Of a stretch of 64,000 bases of DNA, positions 1 through 10,516 are shown piece after piece. This DNA is from Microbotryum violaceum. Lineage: Eukaryota. The first letter of the stretch is position 1; every line of letters starts with the position of its first letter. Below the pieces are notes generated by a model. The model worked only from the letters and a program-made list of their open reading frames with translations, was not told where the DNA came from and searched no databases. Where the stretch lies: positions 1 through 64,000 of the forward strand of contig CDLV01000012.1 of NCBI GenBank assembly GCA_001244265.2, written 5' to 3'. Position numbers and translations under genes: made by a program.

Positions 1-19
1 GCGCGCGACGAGCGCCGGC

Positions 20-82
20 GCGTCGACAGGGCCAATGCGCAGGAGCGCGCGCGTCGACAGGGCCAATGCGCAGGAGCGCGCG
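20..82. repeat. Tandem duplication, 31-bp unit x2
   Basis: GCGTCGACAGGGCCAATGCGCAGGAGCGCGC at 20 and again at 51. Confidence 0.9.
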
Positions 83-115
83 CATCGCTGAAAGGAACGC
101 GAAGCCCGTGGCACA

Positions 116-736
116 CGCCGTCGACTCGCCCGCTTAGGCTCTTGCCTCGCCCTCGCCCTCGCCCTCTCGAGGGCCGCACAATGTTTTTGGTCCATCTGGA
201 CCGCTTCGGAGATCCTCTCGGCTCTGTCGGATGCTCGATCGTGCGAGGCCGCCTCCCGGCGCGATCGTAATGGGGTCGATTGAGTCGACGATACCAAGGG
301 AGAGACCGCGTCCCTCAGTTCGGCGAGGTCGTACGCGTTGGCGGTTGCGCTTGAGGCCGGGGCCGAGTTTGCAGCCGCTGAAATTGAGGTCGAGGGCGAG
401 GGCGAGGTCGTTGGGGCGTGGGCCAGTGGCGTCAGTCATACGAGTCAAAACAAGGCGCCGTCGACTCGCCCGCTCAGGCTCTTGCCTCGCCCTCGCCCTC
501 GCCCTCGCCCTCGCCCTCGATTTCAGCGGCTGCAAACTCGGCCCGACCTCAAGCGCAACCGCCAACGCGTACGACCTCGCCGAACTGAGGGACGCGGTCT
601 CTCCTTGGTATCGTCGACTCAATCGACCCCATTACGATCGCCCCGGGAGGCGGCCTCGCACGATCGAGCATCCGACAGAGCCGAGAGGATCTCCGAAGCG
701 GTCCAGATGGACCAAAAACATTGTGCGGCCCTCGAG
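116..736. repeat. Complex duplication: ~240-bp inverted repeat (166-407 / ~497-736) plus ~50-bp direct repeat (116-166 / 456-505)
   Basis: CTCGAGGGCCGCACAATGTTTTTGGTCCATCTGG... at 166 is the reverse complement of ...CCAGATGGACCAAAAACATTGTGCGGCCCTCGAG ending at 736. CGCCGTCGACTCGCCCGCT(T/C)AGGCTCTTGCCTCGCCC occurs at both 116 and 456. Confidence 0.92.
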
Positions 737-2826
737 GCCTACTTCTTCGGCCATCCGACCGCTGACGAGCTCGCTAACAAGATCTGGCCCAAGGAGTTCA
801 AGATGGGCACCGAAGAAGCGCTGGGCGAGGTCATAGCAGGTGTCATCAACACGGTGAGTCGACGCCTGGATCGCTTGACATCGAGGGTGTATGTTCCTTC
901 GAGAGCTGACTCGCCTTCTCACTGCCGTTTGTCTCACTGTTGGACCTCTAGACTGGAGACCGGCGACTGGTCGCCTGCCAGAACTCGCCCCAGTACATCA
1001 GCGTCGCACCTGACCGTGTGGAGACGACCGAGAAGACGGCCGACGTCGTGCTCTTGACCCACGCTGCGGTCGCGCACGACCCAACCCTCCCGAATGTATG
1101 GGCCCTTCCCAGTCACGCCGATCCGGCCAAGAAACTCGACGCCGATGCGGGCCCCGCCACCAACGTGAACTCCAACGCGAACGAAAACGGCAAGGGCCAG
1201 CCTCACGACGAGGACAACAACGCAGAAGAAGACAGCACGAACACGGCCAAGGTCAAGGACAAGGACAAGGTGGGCCTGAACCAGGCCAAACGCTCCTGTA
1301 CGCAAGTGGCCGCCGTCGGCGAGACCAAAGCCGGCACCTCCAACGCCGAGCGCCAGTTGTTCCGACGGTTGTCGGCACTCCTCGCAACGCCGATTCGCGA
1401 ACATGCGATCGGGTTCACCCTTCGCGGCGAACGTCTCAAGGTCTACGTGATGTCTGCTTGCGGGTGTTCTCTACCAAATCTAGAACAGTCACCGAAGAGA
1501 ATGGAGAGCTGTCGACGTTCTTGTACCGTCTCGTCCAACACAGCGATCGGCTTAACGGCATTCTAGCGACCACAACCTCGCTCGACGACCGCTACGGCCC
1601 GTTCACGCTCTGCCCCGACTTCTTCCCGCCGGCGGCCTCCGAGTTCAGCGGGGGAGCAACGACGATGTCCAACGTCAAGATCAAGGAGCTCATCTTTCGT
1701 CGACAAAGAGAGTGCGGCCGCGCAACGTCGACATACGAGGTCACACTTGCTGAAGGCGCCAACATCAGGACCTTCGCAATGACGATCATCTGGGTCGAGG
1801 AGTCGCGCAACTCGGACTTGGCCGAGATCCGCAACGTGATCCAAGAAAAGAGACCTCGCGGGCTCGCTCCACTGGTCGGCGTCTTTCGCACCGAATATAG
1901 GACCCTCCCCGTGTTCCTACCCGGCAACGAATCCCTCGCCGGTTGCACCCCACGGGCCAGGGAGGTCGTCGTTCACGAAGAACGTTATTACCCACTCGCC
2001 ACACTCGAAAACGCGAAGCAGCTCGCGCGCGCTCTCGAGGGTGCGATTGAGGGTGAGTGCACAGAGCAGAGCGGGACAGCGCGCTGAAGGGTGTGCCAAC
2101 ACTGACGACCCTTTGCCTTGCGTGACAGGGCATCGCCAGCTTTGGAATTACGGCTTCATCCACCGGGACGTGTCCTATGGCAACGTCATGGTGGACCGTA
2201 AAGGCGATGGAGTGTTGATTGATTACAATCTGGCTGTGAAGAAGGCCCGAACGGCGGAAGAAGAGTGTCGCCTCAGCCGCTCGGTACGTTCTTCTCGTGT
2301 CCTTGCTAGCCCTTCACACGTTCTTGGTCTCACCTAACTCCTTTCTATCCTTCCCCTGTACAATGATCAACCACAGGGCACGCTACCCTACATCTCTCGA
2401 TTCCTGCTCAGCCCCGCAACCGAGGGTGTGGTGCACGAGCGCTGGCATGATGTAGAATCATTCTTTTATGTGGCGTGCCGTACGGCTTTCCAACCTGAAT
2501 CTGAATCTGCCGACGCGCGACTTTTCGAGAAGCCGGACGCCGCGCGTATCTGGAACGCGTGGAATGCCAAGGATCTCAGAGATGCAGCAATCAGGAAAAA
2601 TGGGCTGCTGGTGGAGGACGGTTTTGATGAACTTCTGGACGCATGCGCACCTCGTTGGTCTGGCATGGAAAAGGTTCTGAGTGTCCTGCAGCAAAATTGC
2701 TCGCTGGATTGGTCTTTCGCAAGGCTGAAACGCATCAAGGCAGAACCAGAACTTGCGTCGCGTTGGAACTCCGGTCAGATGTCGTATGAACGCATCCAGA
2801 CGGCTTTCACAGCCCTTTGCGAGTAG
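456..2826 (+). pseudogene. Fungal-type protein kinase (FunK1 / Pkinase_fungal-like), spliced, with one frameshift; 5' end uncertain
   Basis: Motifs HRDVSYGNVM, VLIDYNLA, GTLPY and HERWHDVESFFYV. GT-AG introns at 854-951, 2053-2128 and 2284-2376 keep the frame. The frame switches at ~1462 (…MSACG / VFSTKSR…). Stop TAG ends at 2826. Confidence 0.8.
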
Positions 2827-5800
2827 AACCCGTGCTCGACATCTGCGTTCGTCTGTCGCATTTTTTATGGACAAACCTGAATGTAATACTAGACTTCGTA
2901 CTGCGCGTTATGATCAAACTCCTAGATCCTGCATGCGCAGACCAATCGACATCATCCTGCCGAACCCGATGCGATCGACGACAGGAGTGGGCGAGCTTAG
3001 GTGGGATTGCGGCGAGGCGATAACGAAAGCAAGCCTCCATTGACCAGACAGGAGCACCGAAGCTTCAGTAGTGTTTTTCGTCCTGTTTATATGGGCACTT
3101 TTCAAACACCAAATCCCAAATCCCCCGCCAGCTGCCCGCCAGCTCTGCGCGCGCTGTCCAACGCAATCCTTGCAAAGATGATCGGACGAGCACCATCTGG
3201 TATTTGAGAGGGCGGCGGCCCCCACTGCCTTCGGCCACTGAGAGCTCTCGCGATCTCTGAAATGGAAAATAATCGAATGCGGTTCATCACGACACATCAT
3301 ACATCCATCATCGGAGCGGTAATTCGCCCTGGCGGAGCAATGAACCGCCCACACAATCACGTGTTCGAGCGCTCACCCGGAGATGACGGTCAGCGATCAT
3401 GGAAGCTGGGCTCTACATGATCATGCGACAATGCGGGTTGGGGTTCACACAATGATGTGACGATTCGATTCATGTTGGGGTTCACGTGTATTACATCACA
3501 AAGCGTCTCTTCCATGTACCCATGCCCTCCTACATCATGTTCCAACACCGTCCACGGACAGCACCATCACAGTTTCATATCGATCATGTCAGCGGTTAGC
3601 GCCACGCGGTCGGAGTCGAATCGGTCGAATTGAAATGTATCGACTGGCGTATCGAGTCGCGTTCAAACACGGTGTCAGAGAGATAGGATCGTCGACGTTA
3701 TAAGTATCGTCGAGTTGAAGCTCGAGTTGACCGGACAAGTTGAAGTGGCGATTTGGGCAAGGTGGGCACATCGAGGAGGACACATGTCAGTTGGGGCTCG
3801 CTCGTCCATCGAGTATGGCCGAAGCAAGTTGCCTGGGAGATGGACGGGTCCAGCTGATCATCGATCGTCCGAGTGCCGAACGGTCCGAGTCGAGACGACG
3901 CTGCTCGATGAAGTGGCTCGAGTGCCGAGCCAGCCGAAAACAGCGCAGAAGAGTCAAGCTGATCGCAAGGAAATGACGGACTTCGGGTCGGGAGAAGCCG
4001 TATTGGTGTGAGCGATGATTGGGCAGATCGGTGGGAAGCTGACGATGGGTGACCTGCAAGTTGGATCTTGCGCACCAGGGATGTCGGGCAATGCTGTGGA
4101 ACACAGATGACATCTCGAATGAAGTAAGGCCAGGATTGACGGGACTTGAGCGCATAGAGACCCAGGTTGAAGATGACAGCCTACCGAACTGGGGACCTGG
4201 CTGATTGAGCTGATGATGTGGATGCGAAGATCACGGGGGAGTGCCGAGCTGAGTGCGCCGACACAGATCAAGGCGAGGTGAGGTGAAGCGTGTCGATAGG
4301 AGAACTTGGCAGATGGGTCGAGAATGAGTCGATAGTGGGGTTGGCATTCATGGTGAATAGGTCGGATGGTGACAGTGAGTCCAAGGCAACCGAGCACGAG
4401 TGCGGAGGAAGGTTGGCGGTCGAGGCGGTCGAGGCGGCCATTGCGAGGGTCGAGCGGATGGTCACTTTGCGCGTCGTGGTGATGGGAGGGGTACGGATAG
4501 GGAGAGATCGAGCTGTAGAGGTTTGTCGGTTCGGTCGGTCGACCGATGGATCGGACCAAAGGTCGATGGTGCGGATGGGCGTCGATTGAATGTTCGCCGA
4601 GTCGAGCAACAGTTTCCGACAGACTCCGAGTTTTCCGCGTCGATGAGAGTCGTCGATGAGACCCGTCGGTTTGATCAAGAGAGATGCGAGCGGTCGCTCG
4701 ACGACGCGAGTGAACGATGTGGGGGAGGCGGAGGTGATCCTCGGAGTGAAGCGACAAAGATCGAGTGAGGTGTGCATCGATGCCAGACCACAGGAAAGTT
4801 GCGCATCTTTTTGGCGGTGCTGATGTGGGTTGCGCACTGTGATCGCAGAGTAGGGTCGAACAAGTCACAGAGCGGTTCGGTGCGAAGCTCGGATGCCAGC
4901 GAGTCGGCCAACGCGCGATCTGAACTAGAGTGATAAGTAGCAAAGACAGACATGAGGTGAGCGAAGAAGGTGAGAGCTTGGTACGATCTGAATGAAGAGC
5001 TCACCACATTCATCGGTCGAGCAGCGAGAGGGCGACCGGGGTGAACGAGGCGATGCGCTGACCGGGCACGTGTACGACCGAGAACGCTCGAGCGAAGCAT
5101 CGACGTGTGCTTGGACGCTGCTGAAAGTGACCACGCCCTCTCAGGGTGCAGTTTCAGTTGTACGGTGTTGATGATGGCAATGTTGGACATGTCATTAACC
5201 GTGTTGTGCGACGTCGCACCGTGCGCGCATCAGAGTCGGGTCGAGGTGACACGTCGAGCTGCAGTTGGGAGAGATCGAGTTGCATCTCGCAGATTGCATG
5301 GCGCATGTGAACGATGTGAAAGCATGTGACGTGGACATCCGAGGTAGTCATCGCAGTCAGAGACGTAACCGGTCGAGGCGTCTGAAGGCGAACGCGAGCA
5401 CAAGTAGAGGTCCGGGCGCGGGTCAGGATCCGAGTTCGGTTCCGGGCCAAGTAAATGTCACCGTCATCGTCATTGTTCGTGATGGCTAGGCCGTCTATGT
5501 TTTCCCCCACGACGACATCAAGGCTGGGAACGTGGGCCTGGAACATGGACCTGAAACGTGGGCCAACTTCACAGACCCTCACCACGTCGCTTTCGAGCCA
5601 TTCTTGGGTGCTGAACATGTTGTTTGTGTACTCAAGTATATGGTTCTCTTGGTGATGACCAAATGTGCGTGGTGAGCTTGTGAGATGCGATTGAAGACAC
5701 GATTCCTCGTGGTTTTGACGGGGTATCCCGTCAAAACTTTGGCTGGTGAGCTTGGACCCATTACCGAAACACATTGTCAATTAGTGGAATGTAAGGTCTA

Positions 5801-6424
5801 AGCCAGTGAAAGAGCTAATGTAATGTAATTACCCGCTCGCGCTCCAAAAACCATGCGCCGTGGTCTCGCGCGTCTTTCCCACACTCACGCCAGTGGTCGC
5901 GCGACCGCGGCGTTGTTGGCGGCAACCTCACTCATTGTCCGTCCCGCAGACCGCCGTGTCCGCACCCGCGACCGACAAGTGGACGGACATGGGGTTGCGG
6001 TACGCACATGACAATTTCGAAGCTCAAGAGTACTAAAATACCCATGCTATCATGTCCTCCTTGCAGATTCAAAGTGGGTCTACTCATACAATTGTTCAAC
6101 TTGTGTACCTAAAATCAAGTGGACGGACATGTCCGTACCTTTGTTCTGGGCCGAGGACAAGAAGCAGTGGACCGCGCGGGCGCTCCAAAGTCGTCAAGGC
6201 CACAACGACTAGTGTAATTGAGTATACTGAAAAAACAACGCAGAATAGCACAAATCACGCGTATACAAGCCAGCTGTGATCGTGACAGAGTTGCGATAAA
6301 CTTATCAACGTCTACAAGTCCTCAAGTCTGCCGTGTCTCAGCTCTAGCGCCACGCCGAAGCCCGAAATGGGTTTCCCATTTCGGATCCGATCCCGGTTCA
6401 GCGCTCTGGGCTCAGGCTTACTCG

Positions 6425-6715
6425 GTGCACAAAGTTTCACGCTGCACTGCCATCTCGCAATGCCCGAGGAATTCCCTGTGCACCTCGATTTGACGGTTTT
6501 CGCCTTGTTGGGGCCTTCAGAGTCGAAAAAGTGGATTTCAGCAGTGCACGAGGAATTCCCTGTGCACCTCGATTTGACGGTTTTCGACCTGTTCCGCCCT
6601 TCAGAGTCGAAAAAGTGGATTTCAGCAGTGCACGGGGAATTTCCCGTGCACCTCGATTTGACGGTTTTGCCAAATAAGTGGATTTCATCAGTGCACGAGC
6701 AATTGACCGTGCACT
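6425..6715. repeat. Minisatellite (units 84, 84, 63 bp) carrying palindromic GTGCAC-N12-GTGCAC motifs
   Basis: Units start at 6466, 6550, 6634 and 6697. Junction motifs are GTGCACGAGGAATTCCCTGTGCAC, GTGCACGGGGAATTTCCCGTGCAC and GTGCACGAGCAATTGACCGTGCAC. Confidence 0.9.
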
Positions 6716-6802
6716 ATCAACTTCATTTTCACTGGAAATTTGGGGTTCTGTTCCAAAACGTATCCCGGAATTGGGCTCTACCCCACCTATGATACCGATA
6801 TA

Positions 6803-7532
6803 CTGTTGCTGAGTGAACTGCACTCGGCCGAGGTGACGGATCCGACAGACACGGCTACAACCCAGCCGATCCTCGCCATCGCCACGGCGCTCATGATGTC
6901 ATCGTTCGAAGGCTTTAAGATAGACGACCCTGACGTGGCAACCCTGACCAATGTTCGACGTAAGGCCGCCACTGCGCTGGCGCCCGGTGGTACGGGCCTA
7001 CCTCGTCCGAGTCCCCCGTGAGAATGCGATCGATGGACTCGGCAGTTCCGTCTCCGTCTCCATCACTCGAATTGGATTTCCCGAATATGCCTCCTGCGAC
7101 CACGCCGTATTCGCCCCAACGTTTGTCTCTGGCGCCTTGGATGTCTGGGAACTCCCACTGCAGAGGGTATCGACACCGTAGAAGTGCCATTGTTTCATCG
7201 TGCACAAGCGTTGGGGTGAATACGGCGTGCTGGTAGCAAGCCTATCCGGAGAAACCCAATTCGAGACGGAGACGGAGACGGAGACAGAAATGCCGAGTCC
7301 ATCGATCGCATTCTCACGGGGGACTCGGACGAGGTAGGCCCGTACCACCGAGCGCCAGCGCAGTGGCGGCTTTACGTCGAACATTGGTCAGGGTTGCCAC
7401 GTCAGGGTCGTCTATCTTAAAGCCTTCGAACGATGACATCATGAGCGCCGTGGCGATGGCGAGGATCGGCTGGGTTGTAGCCGTGTCTGTCGGATCTGTC
7501 ACCTCGGCCGAGTGCAGTTCACTCAGCAACAG
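6803..7532. repeat. Long inverted repeat, arms ~325 bp (6803-7126 / 7204-7532), loop ~77 bp
   Basis: CTGTTGCTGAGTGAACTGCACTCGGCCGAGG... pairs with ...CCTCGGCCGAGTGCAGTTCACTCAGCAACAG. The ORF track gives the same peptide (LLLSELHSAEVTDPTD...LPRPSPP) on both strands. Confidence 0.95.
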
Positions 7533-8175
7533 ATACTTGTAGCCCCTATAATTGACTGTGAAGCCAGCGGATGCGATCGCCCTCAGCAGCAGCTCGTCCT
7601 CAAAGCTATTGGCTTCCAACGTCTGACATACCCAACTCGGCTATCACGAAGTATGGTCCTGCCCAAAAAATACCGAATCGCTTGCCTTTCGTGCTATCGA
7701 TCGAAAGCGCCATCTGTATATGGAAAGAAAGCTGGGCTACTGGGTTAGTCGTCTTTGCTTCGAGCACGATCGTCGCCACCACCTCCTTCTCCTGTTCGCT
7801 CGCTCCTGCCCTCGGCCCCGTCCACACCTCAAAGACGCCATCGCCTTGTTGGCCCAACCTTTGTTCGAGCCCCCTGAGAGTTACCCCAATGTATGGCCCC
7901 ACACCCCCCACACCGCGTGTGAGATGCCTGACGATTTCGATGGCCACTTGTGTAACGAGCTCCTGGCAGACGGAGCTGGCAAGAGTCTCGTTGTCCAGCA
8001 TAGCCTGTTCCTTAAAGGCTTTCAACATCTCCGCTGAAACTTCGGGGGGGAGGGCCGCATCGTAATCGAGACCTTGATGAGCCACACCTCGGTCGAATCC
8101 GCCGAGGGCGAGAGGGAGTCGGGTCAGGAGTCGACCGTTGACGCTCGGATGTCCGGGTCGGGGTGAAATGGCCAA
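7314..8175 (-). pseudogene. Uncharacterised protein with a PD-(D/E)xK-like motif; apparent frameshift near 7615
   Basis: The 189-aa ORF (QGDGVFEV...TIVLEAKT...QLSFHIQMAL...RFGIFWAGPYF) continues in another frame as a 101-aa ORF. Both look globular. The fold call rests on motif pattern only. Confidence 0.45.
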
Positions 8176-8636
8176 TGGCGACGATTGGCCCGCTCCCTCC
8201 GAGGGTTGCTATGATGGTGAGGAGTCACGTGACGGCACAGTCGGCCCCATCCGGAGCGCTTCCGCTGGGACCCTCTTCACCTCCAGCCGTCGTCCACTTG
8301 GGGCCTCATCACCTCCAGCGTCTCTGTATGACTTCTTCCAACGATGCGACGCCAGGTGTTTCGACCAACTCTCGACCACCAACGCTCACCCAACTCCTCG
8401 CTACTTGTGCTCCATCCAGCTGGTTTGTCACGCCGCCGGACCACGATGGAGCGTGTCACTCAACTACTACGCGCGGTCAAGCCGATGCTGGGACGACCAC
8501 CTACGAATGCGTCGCACGGCTGGGAGGACTGAAATGGGACTCACCCGCCTCACCTGGCGTCAGGGTTCTCAGCTCTTTCTTCGATATGCTCGAGCAACAC
8601 CCCTCATTGCTGGACCTGTTCCGCGAGGAGCTGGGG

Positions 8637-8651
8637 TAACCCTAACCCTAA
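8637..8651 (-). repeat. Interstitial telomere-like repeat, (TTAGGG)2TTA on the minus strand
   Basis: TAACCCTAACCCTAA lies 2 bp after the end of the left inverted-repeat arm. Confidence 0.7.
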
Positions 8652-9382
8652 AGCAGCACTGGGTCCTCGTGATCGAGTATGGGAATATGCGAGAGGGCGC
8701 CCTCCTGGCGTACCTTGGCCAAGCTATAATGTACGTTGTCCCGCTGGTATGCAATCGAGATACTTGAAACGACGTCGCCAGCCTCAAGTTCAATGCAGAC
8801 AACAGCATCGCCCTGCGTGCGAAGAGCACGTTCAGGTTCACCCAGTTGAACCGAATAGCGGGGTCTCGTGGCGGAGGTCGAGGCGGAAGCGGAAGAAGCT
8901 CCGACGGCCTCGGTGATCGCGGCATAATGGTTGAGCAGCGCTGCCGTTGCAGATCGTAGACCGCTAGCGAAGAGGCAAACGAACGAGATTTCGACGGCGT
9001 GCTCGCTCTTCCGACTCAACCTGCTGTAAGGAGCATTGCTGATGGCGTCCAGCTCGCGGAACAGGTCCAGCAATGAGGGTTGTTGCTCGAGCATATCGAA
9101 GAAAGAGCTGAGAACCCTGACGCCAGGTGACGCGGGTGAGTCCCATTTCAGTCCTCCCAGCCGTGCGACGCATTCGTAGGTGGTCGTCCCAGCATCGGCT
9201 TGACCGCGCGTAGTAGTTGAGTGACACGCTCCATCGTGGTCCGGCGGCGTGACAAACCAGCTGGATGGAGCACAAGTAGCGAGGAGTTGGGTGAGCGTTG
9301 GTGGTCGAGAGTTGGTCGAAACACCTGGCGTCGCATCGTTGGAAGAAGTCATACAGAGACGCTGGAGGTGATGAGGCCCCAA
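8648..9382 (-). CDS. Hypothetical protein (244-aa ORF), possibly truncated
   Basis: Long ORF with globular-looking composition. Its TAG stop lies inside the telomere-like repeat. Confidence 0.4.
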   Translation of the reverse strand: MGPHHLQRLCMTSSNDATPGVSTNSRPPTLTQLLATCAPSSWFVTPPDHDGACHSTTTRGQADAGTTTYECVARLGGLKWDSPASPGVRVLSSFFDMLEQQPSLLDLFRELDAISNAPYSRLSRKSEHAVEISFVCLFASGLRSATAALLNHYAAITEAVGASSASASTSATRPRYSVQLGEPERALRTQGDAVVCIELEAGDVVSSISIAYQRDNVHYSLAKVRQEGALSHIPILDHEDPVLL

Positions 9383-10067
9383 GTGGACTGCAGCAGGTGA
9401 CGAAGACCCCGGCGGGCGCAGCGCGTAGCGAGTGCAGCCTGCCAGCGGCAGGCGACTGGCAGGCGAGTGCCGCGCGACTGCCGCGCGCTACCTCGCGCTA
9501 CCTCGCGCTACCAGAAGTGGGCGCTCGGTCGCTGAGTCGAGCGTCTCGTGTCGGCCAAGTAATACGACGAGCAGTCTCCGACTGAACGACATTCATGCCG
9601 GTCTCTGTTGATGGATATGAATAATGATTATATGATAAATTGTTGGTTTGGGCTTGGGGGCGAATGTCACCACGGGTCCACGACACGGCCCCGCGAAGAA
9701 ACGGCGGGGCAGCGCAAGGCGTCGCAAGCAAGGGGAGGCAAACCGGGGAGGCGGGTGGGAAAGTAAAAAAAATCTGAAGTTTCGAGCGAGCAATAGGCGA
9801 TGTTGCGAGCGAGAATATTTGGTTCTAGCAAGAGGGACTGATTCACACCGCACTCGCCTTTCGACTCGCTCGGCGCTCCCGTTGGTCGCCTTTGGCCTCC
9901 TTTGGCAACCGGCCTCGCAAGGCCGCAGGGCCTCGCCAGGCCTCGCTTTGGCACTGCTTTGGCCTTGTTCGCGCTCGCTCGCCTCCGCCAACGCGCGTTC
10001 TCGTGTTCTTGTCTTTCCCGCCCAAACCCCTTTGCCTTCCGCCCGTCACCGCGTCACCTTTCGCAGG

Positions 10068-10122
10068 CGTTCACGCGTCAACCGTTCAAGCGTCAACCGT
10101 TCACGCGTCAACCGTTCACGCT
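10068..10122. repeat. 15-bp tandem repeat (GCGTCAACCGTTCAC), ~3.5 copies
   Basis: GCGTTCACGCGTCAACCGTTCAAGCGTCAACCGTTCACGCGTCAACCGTTCACGC. Confidence 0.85.
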
Positions 10123-10516
10123 GCCTTTCTGCTCACTGCACGATGTCCGATTCCCGCGAAGGAGAACACGACTCGCTCCCGCGCGCGTCGCTTGTTCTCT
10201 TGCCAACGCAAACGCCACGCCTTGTGCGCGGCCCCTCCACCCGAGGACGATCCGGCTGAGCGTTCGTGCACTCCAACCAATCCCTACGTCGCCCTTGTTA
10301 ATTCGGAACGTCTCCAAGGCGTTACGGCCACAGGTCGCCTTGGGGTAACGCGTTGGAGACCTTCCGCATCAACAGTGGCGACGTAAGGACCCGTTGAGTG
10401 CACAAAGTCGCTCAAACCGGCACGCGGCCTTCCCAACCGCATCCGTAAGGCGCTCACCACCACTTTTGACCCCTATCGGGTCACGCATCACAGGCCCGGT
10501 CGAGCTTGCGAAACTT

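Larger units (their letters stand above)
8292..9388. repeat. Long inverted repeat, arms ~340 bp (8292-8634 / 9049-9388), spacer ~415 bp
   Basis: GTCCACTTGGGGCCTCATCACC... pairs with ...GGTGATGAGGCCCCAAGTGGAC. Identical 62-aa translations appear at 8344+ and 9148-. Confidence 0.95.

Noticed and set aside
3589..5780. Overlapping minus-strand ORFs of 100-330 aa, possibly a decayed gene or retroelement
   Set aside because: I recognise no domain motif, LTR, TIR or consistent splice pattern, so no call is supported.
5976..6131. Repeated 16-mer CAAGTGGACGGACATG
   Set aside because: Only two copies, with no element boundaries identifiable.
6466..6715. CRISPR-like array (palindromic repeats with spacers)
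   Set aside because: The spacers are near-copies of each other, there are no cas genes and the context is eukaryotic. It is a minisatellite.
6803..9388. RIP-like hypermutation of the duplicated arms
   Set aside because: Too few differences to establish a context bias by eye, and the arms remain CpG-rich.
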